This document shows positions 13,101 to 25,111 of a stretch of 64,000 bases of DNA, piece by piece; the stretch's first letter is position 1; every line of letters begins with the position of its first letter. The DNA is from Octopus vulgaris (Eukaryota): assembly GCA_951406725.2 (NCBI GenBank), contig OX597833.1, positions 48,484,001 through 48,548,000 on the forward strand, written 5' to 3'. The notes below the pieces were generated by a model, which worked only from the letters and a program-made list of their open reading frames with translations, did not search any database and was not told the DNA's origin. A program made the position numbers and the translations under genes.

Positions 13101-13453
13101 GTACGATTTAAGAGACAATTGCTGTTGTTTCTTGCAAGTTGAACAACCAGATAAAAGTCCCCTCATTTGGTGATCGTGTAGGTGTTGTTGCTGAGGAGTG
13201 TGGTGTATGATAGGCATGTTCAGTACTTCTTTTAGTATCACTTTACTGAGTTGGTGATTATGTTTACAAGAATATTTTGTTAAATGCTTTATAGTGTTTA
13301 GTCTAGTTTCTCTGTTGAGTTAAAAATCCTTGGAACAAGAGGGTAAGTTGCAGCTGTTTGGATGTCAACAATTTGGAATAGCTGACTGGACCTTCAACCC
13401 ATTTGGGTGATAGTATTTCTGAAGTGCTGGAAGCAAACATGCACACATGCGCA

Positions 13454-14530
13454 CATCATCATCCTCCTCATCATCATCGTTTAACATCCGTTTTCTGTGC
13501 TAGCACGAGTTGGACGGTTTGACTGGGGCCTGGGAAGCCAGGAGGCTGCCCCAGGCTCCAGTCTGATCTGGCAGTGTTTCTACAGCTGGATGCCCTTCCT
13601 AACGCCAACCACTCCGTGAGTGTAGTGGGTGCTTTTTACGTGCCACCGGCACAGGTGGCAGGGGAGGCTGGCAATGGCCACCATTGGTTGGTGCTTTTTA
13701 CCTGCCACCGGCACAGAAGCCAGTCATGGTGGCGCTGGCATTGACCACATTTGGATGGTGCTTTTTATGAGCCACCGGCACAGGTATCACAACTGCAATC
13801 TCCATTTGATATTTATTTTGATGTTGATGTTGATGCACTTGACTCAGTAGGTCTCCTCAAGCACAGCAGGTTGCCCTACGATCCAAGGTAAGCACAGCAG
13901 GTCGTTCTGCATTCCAAGGTACTTTGGATGGGCTAGTGCCATGCAAAACTGGTGCAGGAAACAGCCATGAACTCACATAATTTTCGGGTCTTTGCAGTCA
14001 CAGCATATCTCCAGAGATCTTGGTCTTTCGTCATTGCCTCTGTGAGGCCCAATGTTTGAAGGTCATGCTTGACCACCTCATCCCATGTCTTCCTGGGTCT
14101 ACCTCTCCCCCGGATACCTTCAACTGTTTGGGAGTGGCACTTCTTCACACATCTCTCCTCATCCATCCGTAGTACATGACTGTACCAGCGCAAACGTCTC
14201 TCTTGCACACCACATCCGATACTTCTTATGTCCAGCATTTCTCTCAGGGCGCTTACACTCTGTCGTGTGTGCACACTGACATTACACATCCAGCAGATCA
14301 TTCTAGCTTCATTTCTTTCAAGCCTACGCATGTCCTCTGCAGTCACAGCCCATGTTTCACTACCGTGAAGCATGGCAGTTCGCACACATGCATCGTACAA
14401 TCTACCTTTCACTCTGAGCGAGAGACCCTTTGTCACCAGTAGGAGTAGAAGCTTTGTAAACTTTGCCCAAGCTATTCGTATTCTAATGGTGACACTCTCT
14501 GATCATCCGCCTCCACTACTAACTTGGTCA
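13454..14530 (-). mobile_element. RTE-clade LINE 3' fragment, same family
   Basis: ORF 13933-14436 (KGRLYDACVRTAMLHGSETW...GRGRPRKTWDEVV) plus the same 3' UTR and (GAT)n tail. Confidence 0.9.
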
Positions 14531-15910
14531 TGTATGCACAAATATATGCATGGTGGAGGCACATGGCCTAGTGGTTAGAGCAGTGGACTCGAGGTTGAGG
14601 GATCGCAGATTCGAATCTCAGACCGGGCGATGTGTGTCTTTATGAGCGAAACACCTAAGCTAAATGTTGAAATGCTGCTTTTTTTGCCTTTTTTTGCAAA
14701 ATTGACATTACTTTTGTTGCAAACATCAATCTGAAGGAATTTTTGGGAGATCAAAAAGAATAAAATAAAATTATGAGTGGGAGAGACTGTGTGACACATG
14801 TATACCATCGATTCCATGCTACCACTCCTACAAGAGAGCTGGTTCTGTGTCTAAATAGGAAGTCAGTTTATACTCTGATATAATTTAAATATTCGCCAAT
14901 TACTCTGCGACTCCAGCCAAGAGAAAGAAAAACAAAATAACAAACTTGCTAAGCACACATTCTTCCATTTAAATCAACTCAAAGACATACAAACACAAAC
15001 ATTAATAATTATACTGTATATATATATATATATATATATATCATCATCATCGTTTAACATCCGCTTTCCATGCTAGCATGGGTTGGACAGTTTGACTGAG
15101 GACTGGCGAACCAGATGGCAGCACCAGGCTCCAATCTGATCTGGCAGAGTTTCTACAGCTGGATGCCTTTCCTAATGCCAACCACTCTGAGAGTGTAGTG
15201 GGTGCTTTTACGTGCCACCAGCACGAGGGCCAGTCAGGAGGTACTGGCAACAGCCACGCTCAAATGGTGTTTTTTTACGTGCCACCTGCACAGGAGCCAG
15301 TCCAGTAGCACTGGTAACGACCTTGCTCAAATGTTTTTTCCCATGCCAGTAAGGCAACGCTGGTAACGATCATGCTCGAATGGTGCTCTTAGCACTCCAC
15401 TAGCACAAATGCCAGTCATCGAATTTGATTTCAATTTCGATTTCACTTGCCTCAACGTATATATACACACACACATATATATCCTTTTATCATTCTATTG
15501 GTTTCATTATGTGGACTGTGGCCATGCTGGAGCATCACCTATATATATATATATGTGTGTGTATGTGTTTGTTCCCCATCACTGCTTGACAATTGGTATT
15601 GGTGTGTTTAAGTCCCTGTAACTTAGTGGTTTGGCAAAAGAGACCGACAGAATAAGTACCAGGCATTAAGGTGGGGAAAATATATATATATATATATACG
15701 ATTCATTTGAATAAAATCCTTCAAGTCAGTGCTCGAGACACTCACTCAAAGTGCCCTGCAACAGAATTGAACCTCAAACTAAATGGTTGAGAAAGGCAAC
15801 TTCTTAACTGCACAGCGACACCTGTGCCTATTTGTGCAAACATATTAATAACAAATACGATATTGGTTAATTAATTGTATAATAATTGTATTTTGTTTTA
15901 ATACTTTTAG

Positions 15911-16112
15911 GAAGTAGCAAATTCTTTGGAAGAATTCTCCCATTATCACATACTTTGGGATGTTGATCGAAATAAAAGCTTAGAAAAATTTCTTCAAGAA
16001 GACCCGAGTCTCTCTGACTTTGAATCAAATATTATTTACTATGAACAACTTGAGAACAAAATCTACCAAGAACCTGAATATTTTGACGTGGGATCAATTG
16101 CAATATATACAG
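15911..16112 (+). CDS. DNAH5: Dynein heavy chain, exon 2 in window
   Basis: cttttag|GAA; EVANSLEEFSHYHILW...EPEYFDVGSIAIYT; donor G|gtagaa (phase 1). Confidence 0.92.
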
Positions 16113-16444
16113 GTAGAAAGCTCTTATTTCTGATAGCTATTTTAATTAATCTAAATTGTTCCTTGAATTTAATAACATTTCACTATACATTATACAGGCG
16201 GCGACCAGGCAGAGACGTTAGCACACTGGGCAAAGAACTTTGCGGTATTTCGCCCGTTGCTACGTTCTGAGTTCAAATTCCGCCGAGGTCGACTTTGCCT
16301 TGCATCCTTTTGAGGTTGATAAATTAAGTACCAGTTACGCACTGGGGTCGATATAATCGACTTAATCCGTTTGTCTGTCCTTGTTTGTCCCCTCTATGTT
16401 TAGCCCCTTGTGAGTAATAAAGAAACATATACATTATACATAAA

Positions 16445-16760
16445 CATGGCTCAGTGGTTAGAGCATTGGGTTGACAATCATGAGGGAGTGAATTCGATTC
16501 CCAGACCAGGCTGAGTGTTGTGTTGCTGAGCAAAATACTTTATTTCATGTTGCTTCAGTTCACTCAACTGTAAAAATGAGTTGCAATATCACTGGCGCCA
16601 AGCTGTATTAGCCTTTGCCTTTCCCTTGGATAACATCAGTGGTATGGATAAAAGGAGGCTGGTATGCATGGGCAACTGCTGATCTTCCATAAACAACCTT
16701 GTGCCGCAGAGAGTAACTTTCTAGGTGCAATCCCATAGTCCTTTATGACCAAAGGGGGTC
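16445..16760 (+). mobile_element. SINE family E (tRNA-derived head with ttgagcaagacactttatttcac central domain)
   Basis: tggctcagtggttagagc A box, ttcgattccc B box; related copies at 11990-12300, 16890-17112, 19100-19310, 63090-63410 (plus) and 17620-17940, 25740-25970, 34850-35050 (minus). Confidence 0.75.
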
Positions 16761-18080
16761 TGTACTCTTTTACCCTTTATACACAAACATCTCAAAAGTA
16801 AATAGACACCCCTGATTATACTTTTTTTTTTATCTATGTGGACCCTACTTTGTATAAAACCCAGATAGACAGATAATTATTTATACGTAGTTAGGTCATT
16901 CTGCTCATGATTGTAAGGTTGTGAGTTCAATACCCAACGACGCATTGAGTGTTTGAGCAAGACACTTTATTTCACGTTGCTCCAGTCCACTCAGCTGGTA
17001 AAAATGAGTAGTCCCTGTATTTCAAAGGGCTAGCCTTGTCACACTCTGTGTCACGCTGAATCTCCCTGAGAATTACATTAAGCTTCCGCATGTCTGTGGA
17101 GTGCTCAGCCACTTGGTGAAAGCGCATGGCCTAGTGGTTAGAGCAGCGGACCCACGGTCGAGGGATCGCGGGTTTGAATCTCAGACCGGGCAATGAGTGC
17201 GTTTATGAGCGAAACACCTAAGCGTCATGTGGCTCTGGCAGAAGGTAATGGTGAACTTCTGCTGACTCTTTCACCACAACTTTCTCTCACTCTTTCCTCC
17301 TGCATCTTGCAGCTCACCTGCGACAGACTGGCATCCAGGTGGGGAACCTATATGCCAAGGAAACCGGGAAACCAGCCCTATGAGCCAGGCATGGCTCGAG
17401 AAGGAACAAACATACAGTTTGTAATATGGTACATATGTACTTTACAAAGTACTGCACACTTTGTCTTAGTAGGGTATTTTTCACCGGAATGTTCAACAAA
17501 TATTCATGGAAATTATGAATTATTAGGATGTGTGACATATGTCTGTAGAGAAACTAATCAGACAGAAAAATTTTGCAATGACAGTAATAAACTAATTTTC
17601 TTTGATCGTTTATGATTCAGGGGCACACTGTCGGTTACGACGACAAGGGTCCCAGCTGGTATGATCAACGGAAGAGCTTGCTCATGAAATTAACGTGTAA
17701 GTGGCTGAGCATTCCACAGACACGTGTACCCTTAACGTAGTTCACAGGGAGATTCAGCGTGACACAGAGTGTGACAAGGCTGGCCCTTTTTTGAAATACA
17801 GGTACTACTCATTTTTGCCAGTTGAGTGGACTGGAGCATAAAGTGTCTTGCTCAAGGACACAACACGTCACCGGGAATTGAACTCACATCCTTGTGATCA
17901 TGAGCCTAATGCCCTAACCACTGAGCCATGTGCCCTCACTTCTTTTATGAATAATTAACACTATAATCTTATGGTGCTATAGTATTCACAAGAGAATATT
18001 TCAAGATTTCCCCACTTCTACAATGCATAATAAATTACGATACATATAATGATACAAGATTTCAAGAAAATATACATGTT

Positions 18081-18500
18081 GGATCTTTTCGGTTTGAACG
18101 GCAATTTTTTCTAGTGGTGTCATATGAAATTGTCACCCATAATTATGACCCTAGTATCGCTCTATTGCATTTCAATCTGTTTTAGGGTTAGGGTTATGGG
18201 TGGGGGGAAGGGTATCTTTTTTTCTTCAGAAATGTAAATAAACCCAATCTGTTTCTTAAACGAGGGACATATTCATACGGCACAGAATGTTTTCACCTCA
18301 ATAGACGGTCATTGATTGGTTGAAATTGCAGAAATTGAAGAAAAAAAAAAAAAAATATCTTACAAACTATAGAATTTTCTCAATAAAGCCAAGAGGAAAA
18401 GATGTTTTATAAACACATTCTACCAGTATATGAATTTTAAATTGTTTTAGTTACGTGGAAATTATTTTTAAAAAACTGCCGTTCAAACTGAAAAAAATCC
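18081..18500. mobile_element. Non-autonomous DNA transposon, GG-ended TIRs, 8-bp TSD (Merlin-like)
   Basis: TIR ggatcttttcggtttgaacggca / tgccgttcaaactgaaaaaaatcc; TSD tacatgtt on both sides. Confidence 0.8.
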
Positions 18501-18535
18501 TACATGTTCTTATCTCGGAGCTTGTTTATTTATAG

Positions 18536-18771
18536 AAAAACTTCGATTTGGACTTCTTACGGAAACTACAACATGGCGGCAACATTACGGCAAGGCCTGC
18601 AACAACAAATACAGAACTGATATGGAAGAAAACTTTACTTTTATTGCGGATCTTAGCAAGAGACTAAATCGACCAATAATAGACCTGGATGATGTAAGAC
18701 ATGCCATGGCAGCATTGAAAGAAATCAGGGAAAATGAGATAAGAATTGAAATGAGTATTGGCCCAATTGAG
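18536..18771 (+). CDS. DNAH5: Dynein heavy chain, exon 3 in window (absent from ORF track)
   Basis: ttatag|AA; (E)KLRFGLLTETTTWRQHYGKACNNKYRTDMEE...KRLNRPIIDLDDVRHAMAALKEIRENEIRIEMSIGPIE; donor |gtaagt. Confidence 0.93.
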
Positions 18772-20188
18772 GTAAGTAAAGGGTTATAAACTTAGATAAA
18801 CTTAGATAAACTTAGATAAACTTCGACCAAAGATTGGTCCAGGCCATGTCTAACTTAATAGCACCACCTGATAGGATTATTCGAATCCTGTTTAAGTCAA
18901 GTTTTGTTTAAGTCAAGTTTTGTTCAAGTAGTGAGTTCTTGTTGGGTGAGTTGTATCCAATTATGGGTGGCTTATCTGGTATTCTTTGAAGGAATCTATC
19001 CAGACTCTGTTTAAAGTTGATGGGATCCTTTATTTTGTTATTGTGAATTTCTGTTAATTCTTGGTAATCATTAATTTCAGTTAACCTGAAGTAAATTATG
19101 AAGGCATGTAGCCTAGTGATTAGAGTGTTGCCGTTATGATCTCAAGATTGTGGTTTCGATTCCTGTCCAGGATAATGCTTTGTGTTCTGGAGCAAAACAC
19201 TTTATTTCACATTGCTCAGTTCACTCAGCTGTAAATGAGTTACCCTGCGATGAGCTGACATCCTGCTCAGCGATAATGTTGTGCTATCAGGTACTTACAG
19301 GGCCTGGAAACTAGGTAATGAAGAAACCTTAGTATGCCAGGCAAAATGCTTCGTGCTATTTCATCTGCCGTTACGTTCAGAGTTCAAATTCCGCCAAGGT
19401 CAACTTTCCCTTTCATCCTTTCAGGGTCGATTAAATAAATACCAGTTACGCACTGGGGTCGATATAATCAACCTAATCCGTTTGTCTGTCCTTGTTTGTC
19501 TTCTCTGTGTTTAGCCCCTTGTGGGTAGTAAAGAAATAGGTATTTCGTCTGCCGTTACGTTCCGAGTTCAAATTCCACCGTGGTGGACTTTGCCTTTCAT
19601 CCTTTCGGAGTCAATTGAATAAGTACCAGTTACACACTGGGGTCAATGTAATCGACTTAATCCCTTTGTCTGTCCTTGTTTGTCCTCTCTATGTTTATCT
19701 CCTTGTGGGCAATAAAGAAATAGGGAACTAGGTAACTGACACAGTCATTCCTAGAATTTGAGACAATCATGTCCAGAAATTTAAATAAAACAAAAGGTTT
19801 TACTTAAAATTATGATGCTGAGATTCCCCCCCCCCTCCATACAGGCTTGTCCTTTCAGGTGCTACTGTGCCAGTGCTGTGTAAATGCACTTAACAGAGTG
19901 TGCTGGTGGCACACTCTGTAAAGTGGTTGGTGTTAAGAAGGACATCCAGCCATAGAAACCATACCTCAACAGTGGAAATTGGATGAATCGTGTTTTGTCT
20001 CAAGTTTTATTTGTTTCAGTCATTGGACTGTGGCCATGCTGGAGCACCTACTAGCTAGTTCCATGTCAAACTGTCCAACCTATGCTAGCATGGAAAGCAG
20101 ATGTTAAACAATGATGATGATAAACTGTATATTATGCACCTGTGTTCTCATTTTCTTATCTTACTATTTTGCATACATACATACATAC

Positions 20189-20223
<35 letters not shown>

Positions 20224-20470
20224 TATACAATTGAAAAATAGGATAAAATCTTTATAAGAATTTATCAAGTAGTTAGCGTGAAAAACTTCATAAGGGAAAA
20301 ATCCATCAATTATTCCTCTTAAATATATTTATTTATATTAAGGGCATTACCATACATAAATGCCTCATGCTAGGAGGGACTCTTAAAGTCAAAACTACCA
20401 TAATAAACCCATTGTACCAAACTCGAGGGAATGCAACTCTCGAAGCGAGCATTTTAAAACTAAATTCAGC

Positions 20471-20528
20471 TGCAGATCAAATGATTTCATAATTAGTGCA
20501 CAAAATGCTCTTTTTAATCATCAGTGCA
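20471..20528 (-). ncRNA. Type I hammerhead ribozyme-like motif, stem II decayed
   Basis: Minus strand: UGCA-CUGAUGA-(29 nt)-GAAA-UCA-UU-UGA-UC^-UGCA. Stems I and III pair; AUC triplet. Confidence 0.55.
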
Positions 20529-20651
20529 AGCATAATCAAGACACATAAAAATGAACAAACAAAAAATATATGTATGTATGTATCTACTTATATTTGATAT
20601 ATAAGTGTGTGTGGGTGTATGTATGTATGTGTGTATGTTTATATGTATGCA

Positions 20652-20705
<54 letters not shown>

Positions 20706-20792
20706 GGAGTAAACACATAAATGTGAAACAAGGTGGAAAAAAGAGTACTCAAATACCAGGGGTAGAGCAATATGCTTTATTTAAAAGCAGCA

Positions 20793-20850
<58 letters not shown>

Positions 20851-20875
20851 GCATATTTTTTTATTTTCTCTACAG

Positions 20876-21094
20876 GAATCATATGCAATGTTGAACAGAC
20901 ATAAACTACCAGTACGAAGAGAAGAAACAGACCCTTGTGATACCCTACGTTATTCTTGGGAAAAACTTCAAGCCCAAGCTTCAGAAGTTGGGAGTCATCT
21001 GTTGACCATTCAACCAGAGTTCCGTCATGAACTCATCACAAATGTCAATATTTTCCACAACAACTGTACAGAATTCTATGATGAATATGCAAAG
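20876..21094 (+). CDS. DNAH5: Dynein heavy chain, exon 4 in window
   Basis: ctacag|GAA; ESYAMLNRHKLPVRREETDPCDTLRYSWEKL...FYDEYAK; donor |gtcagg. Confidence 0.93.
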
Positions 21095-21646
21095 GTCAGG
21101 CTTATGTCTTTATTTATGTTAACAACAAAAGTGATTTTATATCAACTAAATTACAAAGCGAGGAAGATATAAAGAGAACAAATGAAAAAACAAATTATCT
21201 TTTTTATAGCTGTCAGTGGAAATTGAAAGAAGCATGTTTTGTCTCATGTTTTAGATGTTTCAGTCATTGGACAGCAGCCATGGTGTGGCACCAACTTCAG
21301 ATAAACAATCAACTCCAATAATTGTTGCTGTTTAGCCCCGGGGCAGCCCTGAGTCAGTTGATCTATGATCAAAGATGCTGCAGCTGTGATCATCCCATTT
21401 TTTCACTCTAAATGGTCTATCTTGGACTACAGTGTCCTTAATTTTTTAAAGATGGCTTGATGTGATTCAAGGGAAATTTGGTTACTATTTTTTTGGTGTG
21501 ATAATGATGAGGGTTGAATTTTTACACTACATGTTTATACTGTATACTACACTGATTTCTGTGCTAGAAAATGTGATATATCGTAAGTAAGATAATTAAA
21601 CTGTGACACAAATGTACCTGATAATATCTGAGATATTTATTTTCAG

Positions 21647-21948
21647 TCTGGACCAATGGTGGCAGGAATTGATCCTAGAGACGCCGCTGATCGACTAGTA
21701 ATTTTTCAGAACCATTTTGATAACTTGTACCGTAAGTATATAACTTACACAAGAGGTGAAGAACTATTTGGTCTTCCAGTCACCCAGTGTCCAGAACTGC
21801 TGCAAATCAACAAAGAATTGAAACTTCTTCAAAAGCTTTATGGGCTCTATAGTAACGTCATTGATACAGTGACTGGTTATCAAGATATCCCATGGGGTGA
21901 TGTCAACATCGAAAAGATTAATGCAGAACTGCTGGAGTTGCAAAATAG
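21647..21948 (+). CDS. DNAH5: Dynein heavy chain, exon 5 in window
   Basis: tttcag|TCT; [21 protein letters not shown]...GEELFGLP...[14 protein letters not shown](R); donor AG|gtcatt (phase 2). Confidence 0.93.
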
Positions 21949-22937
21949 GTCATTATCATGTTTTGTTTAGATATATTTTGATATATACATTTAGATATAT
22001 TAGATATATTACATTTAATGTGTCATTATACTGTGTTCTCCCTGGTTTCATATTATATACACATGTGGTGTCCTCTGGATGACTGTTAATACAAAGTCGG
22101 ATAATTGTCTCCTCTATCTCCTCACAACATGAAGTGGGGTTAGAAAAATGAATTTGAAATCAAAAGATATGAAGAAAACACAAAGTGTTCGCATATACTT
22201 TTATTTTTATATTTATGCACCCTTTTCAAGCCTACCCAGGCTCATGGGCCCGGTTTCCCAGTTTCTAAGGCATATGTGTTCCTCCCAAGCTGGACAGGAC
22301 ACCAGTCCATCGTAGCGTTACTCAAGAAACAGGAAGAGAGAGGGAGAGAAAGTTGGGGTGAAAGAGTACAAGAGGGGTCGCCACCACCCACTGCTGGAGC
22401 CTCGTGGAGCTTTAGGTGTTTTCACTCAATAAACACACAGCGCCTGGTCTGGGAATCGAAACTGCGATTCTCCGACCATGAGTCTGCTGCCCTAACCACT
22501 GGGCCATAGACTGCCTAGACTCAAGTTAGAGAAGGGGTGCATATTATACACAAGGTTTAGGTTTTTCAGAGGTACAGCCCCCTAAAAATCCCCTGCGTAT
22601 TCTACTCAAGGGCGGACTATACTCGAGGATTTATGGTACATACTGGACATCTTGTATACTCAGTCAGATGTTCCCCAGTGAGTTCCTATCCAAACAAGCA
22701 GGAGCAGGTGTTGCATTGCAAAAACGCAACCAGGGGTGTACATGGGTTAACATTCTGTGTTCATATTTTGTCCAGGTCAACTTTGCCTTCCTTCGTTTTC
22801 TATATTCAATAAAATAAGTACCAGCTGAGTACTGGGGTTGATGTAATTGACTAGCCCTCTCTGCTAAACTTGCTGACCTAGTGTCAAAATCTGAAACCAA
22901 TATTAAACTTATTTTTTCTTCCTTTCCTGTCTCCTAG

Positions 22938-23178
22938 ATGTCGCAAACTACCTCGTGCTCTGAAGGATTGGCAAGCTTTCAAAGACCTAAAGCAAAAAAT
23001 TGATGATTTTAATGAAATCATTCCTTTACTTCAACTGATGAGTAACCAAGCTATGAAAGACCGTCACTGGAAGAGACTAACGACAGTAACAGGCTATCAG
23101 TTTGAAATGAAGGATGATAATTTATTGCTTAAAAACATACTTGAAGCTCCTCTCCTCAAGTATAAGGAAGAAATCGAA
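22938..23178 (+). CDS. DNAH5: Dynein heavy chain, exon 6 in window
   Basis: tcctag|A; (R)[24 protein letters not shown]...[10 protein letters not shown]...[12 protein letters not shown]; donor |gtaagg. Confidence 0.95.
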
Positions 23179-23216
23179 GTAAGGATTTTTGATATTTTGC
23201 ATTTTCAAAATTTTTA

Positions 23217-23442
23217 TACTCTTACTCTTTTACTCTTTTGCTCTTTTACTTGTTTCAGTCATTTGACTGCGGCCATGCTAGAGCACCGCCTTTTAGTCGA
23301 GCAAATCAACCCCAGGACTTATTCTTTGTAAGCCGAGTACTTATTCTATCGGTCTCTTTTGCCGAACCGCTAAGTAACGGGGATGTAAACATACCAGCAT
23401 CAGTTGTCAAGCGATGTTGGGGGGACAAAGACAAACACATAA

Positions 23443-23501
<59 letters not shown>

Positions 23502-24125
23502 CAGGCTTCTTTCAGTTTCCGTCTACCAAATCCACTCACAAGGCTTTGGTCGGCCCGAGACTATCGTCGTAGAAGACACTTTCCCAAGGTGCCACGCAGT
23601 GGGACTGAACCCGGAACCGTGTGGTTGGTAAGCAAGCTACTTACCACACAGCCACTCCTGCGCCTATGTAAATTTTTTCTTTTAATTTACATAAGCACAA
23701 GTATGGCTATGTGGTTAAGAGGCTTACCTCTCAACCATCTGGTGTTGGGTTCAGTCCCACTTCATGGCACCTTGGGCAAGTGTCTTCTACTATAGCCTCG
23801 GGCCAACCAAAGTCTTATGAGTAGATTTGGTAAACGGAAACTGAAAGAAGCCCATGCTATATATATATGTATATATACATATATTTGTACATATGTATCT
23901 TTGTGTGTATGTGTGTCTTTGTGTTTGTGTTGTGTCCATCTCACATCATTGTTTGATGACTGGTGTTGGTCTGTTTATGCCACCATAACTTAGCAGTTCA
24001 GCAAAAGAAACAGATTGAATAAGAGACTAGCTTAAAAAATAAGTACTGTGGTCAATTTGTTTGACTAAACTCCTCAATTCAGTTTCCCAATAAGACAGCA
24101 GTCTAGTGACTGAAACAAGTAAAAA
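23217..24125. mobile_element. Two SINE family A copies head-to-head (23217-23667 minus; ~23700-24125 plus, more diverged)
   Basis: Both match the family consensus in opposite orientation, about 35 nt apart. Confidence 0.8.
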
Positions 24126-24892
24126 GACAGTTTTCAATTGCTGTTTTCACGGGAAACTTCAGGCATTTTAAGTAATGCCTGAATGTAGAAACAATAGTGA
24201 AATATCATAAAAGAGAAGCTAATCTCTGTCTGTCTGTAACTACATCTGGGTAGAGAGGGAAGAAGAAAAAGTTGTTGTTGTGAGAGAAATATAGTGAGAG
24301 AGAGTGTGTGCAAAAGGTAGATAAATAGGTGGTGTTGTCATCTTAGTAACTAACAAATTTTGATTAAAAACACAGGAATTTTAAATGCAAGTCTGTCAAC
24401 ACAATGCAACACAGACTTCAAAAAAAGGCTATATGTATATATATTATTCTTTTATTCTTTTATTCATTTCAGTCATTTGACTTTGGCCATGCTGAAGCAC
24501 TGCCTTGAAGGGGTTTTCATTGAACTTATTTTTTAAACATAGTACTTATTCTATTGGTCTCTTTTTCCAAACCGCTAACTTACAGGAATGTAAACAAACC
24601 AACACCAATTGTCAAGCAGTGATAGGAGGAACACAGACAAAAAGACACACACACACACACATACACACAATAGGCTCCTTTCTATTTCTATCCACCAAAT
24701 CCACTCAGAATTCTTTGGTCAGCCCAAGGCTATAGTAGAAGGCACTTGCCTAAGGTGCCACGCAGTGAGACTGAACCCGGAGCCATGTTGGGGAGCCTGC
24801 TTCTTACCACACAGTTACCTAATTTTTTGGGGGGTGATGTTGTTCGTTATTTGTGTATGTATGTGTTTCTGTATGTCTTTCAACATGTAGAC

Positions 24893-25111
24893 CAGTGGTT
24901 TTCAACTAAGGTTCCGCGGAACCTTAGGGTTCCGCCAGTACAGTCTAGGGGTTCCGCAAGAAGTTACAAAACTGCTAAAATCGGCAGTAATTTTAAATTC
25001 TCCTGTGCATATATGTGTGCATAAGACTATTAAATTATTGCACAGGGGTTCCTCGAGCCAGTGGTATGTTTCCTTAGGGTTCTGCTCCAGCAAAAATGTT
25101 GAAAAGCACTG
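24893..25111. mobile_element. hAT (Charlie-like) MITE; second copy at 51852-52035
   Basis: TIR cagtggttttcaac / gttgaaaagcactg; 8-bp TSD atgtagac. Confidence 0.85.

Noticed and set aside
18182-18200. TTAGGG repeats as an interstitial telomere or fusion site
   Set aside because: Only 2-3 units, internal to a MITE that is present twice.
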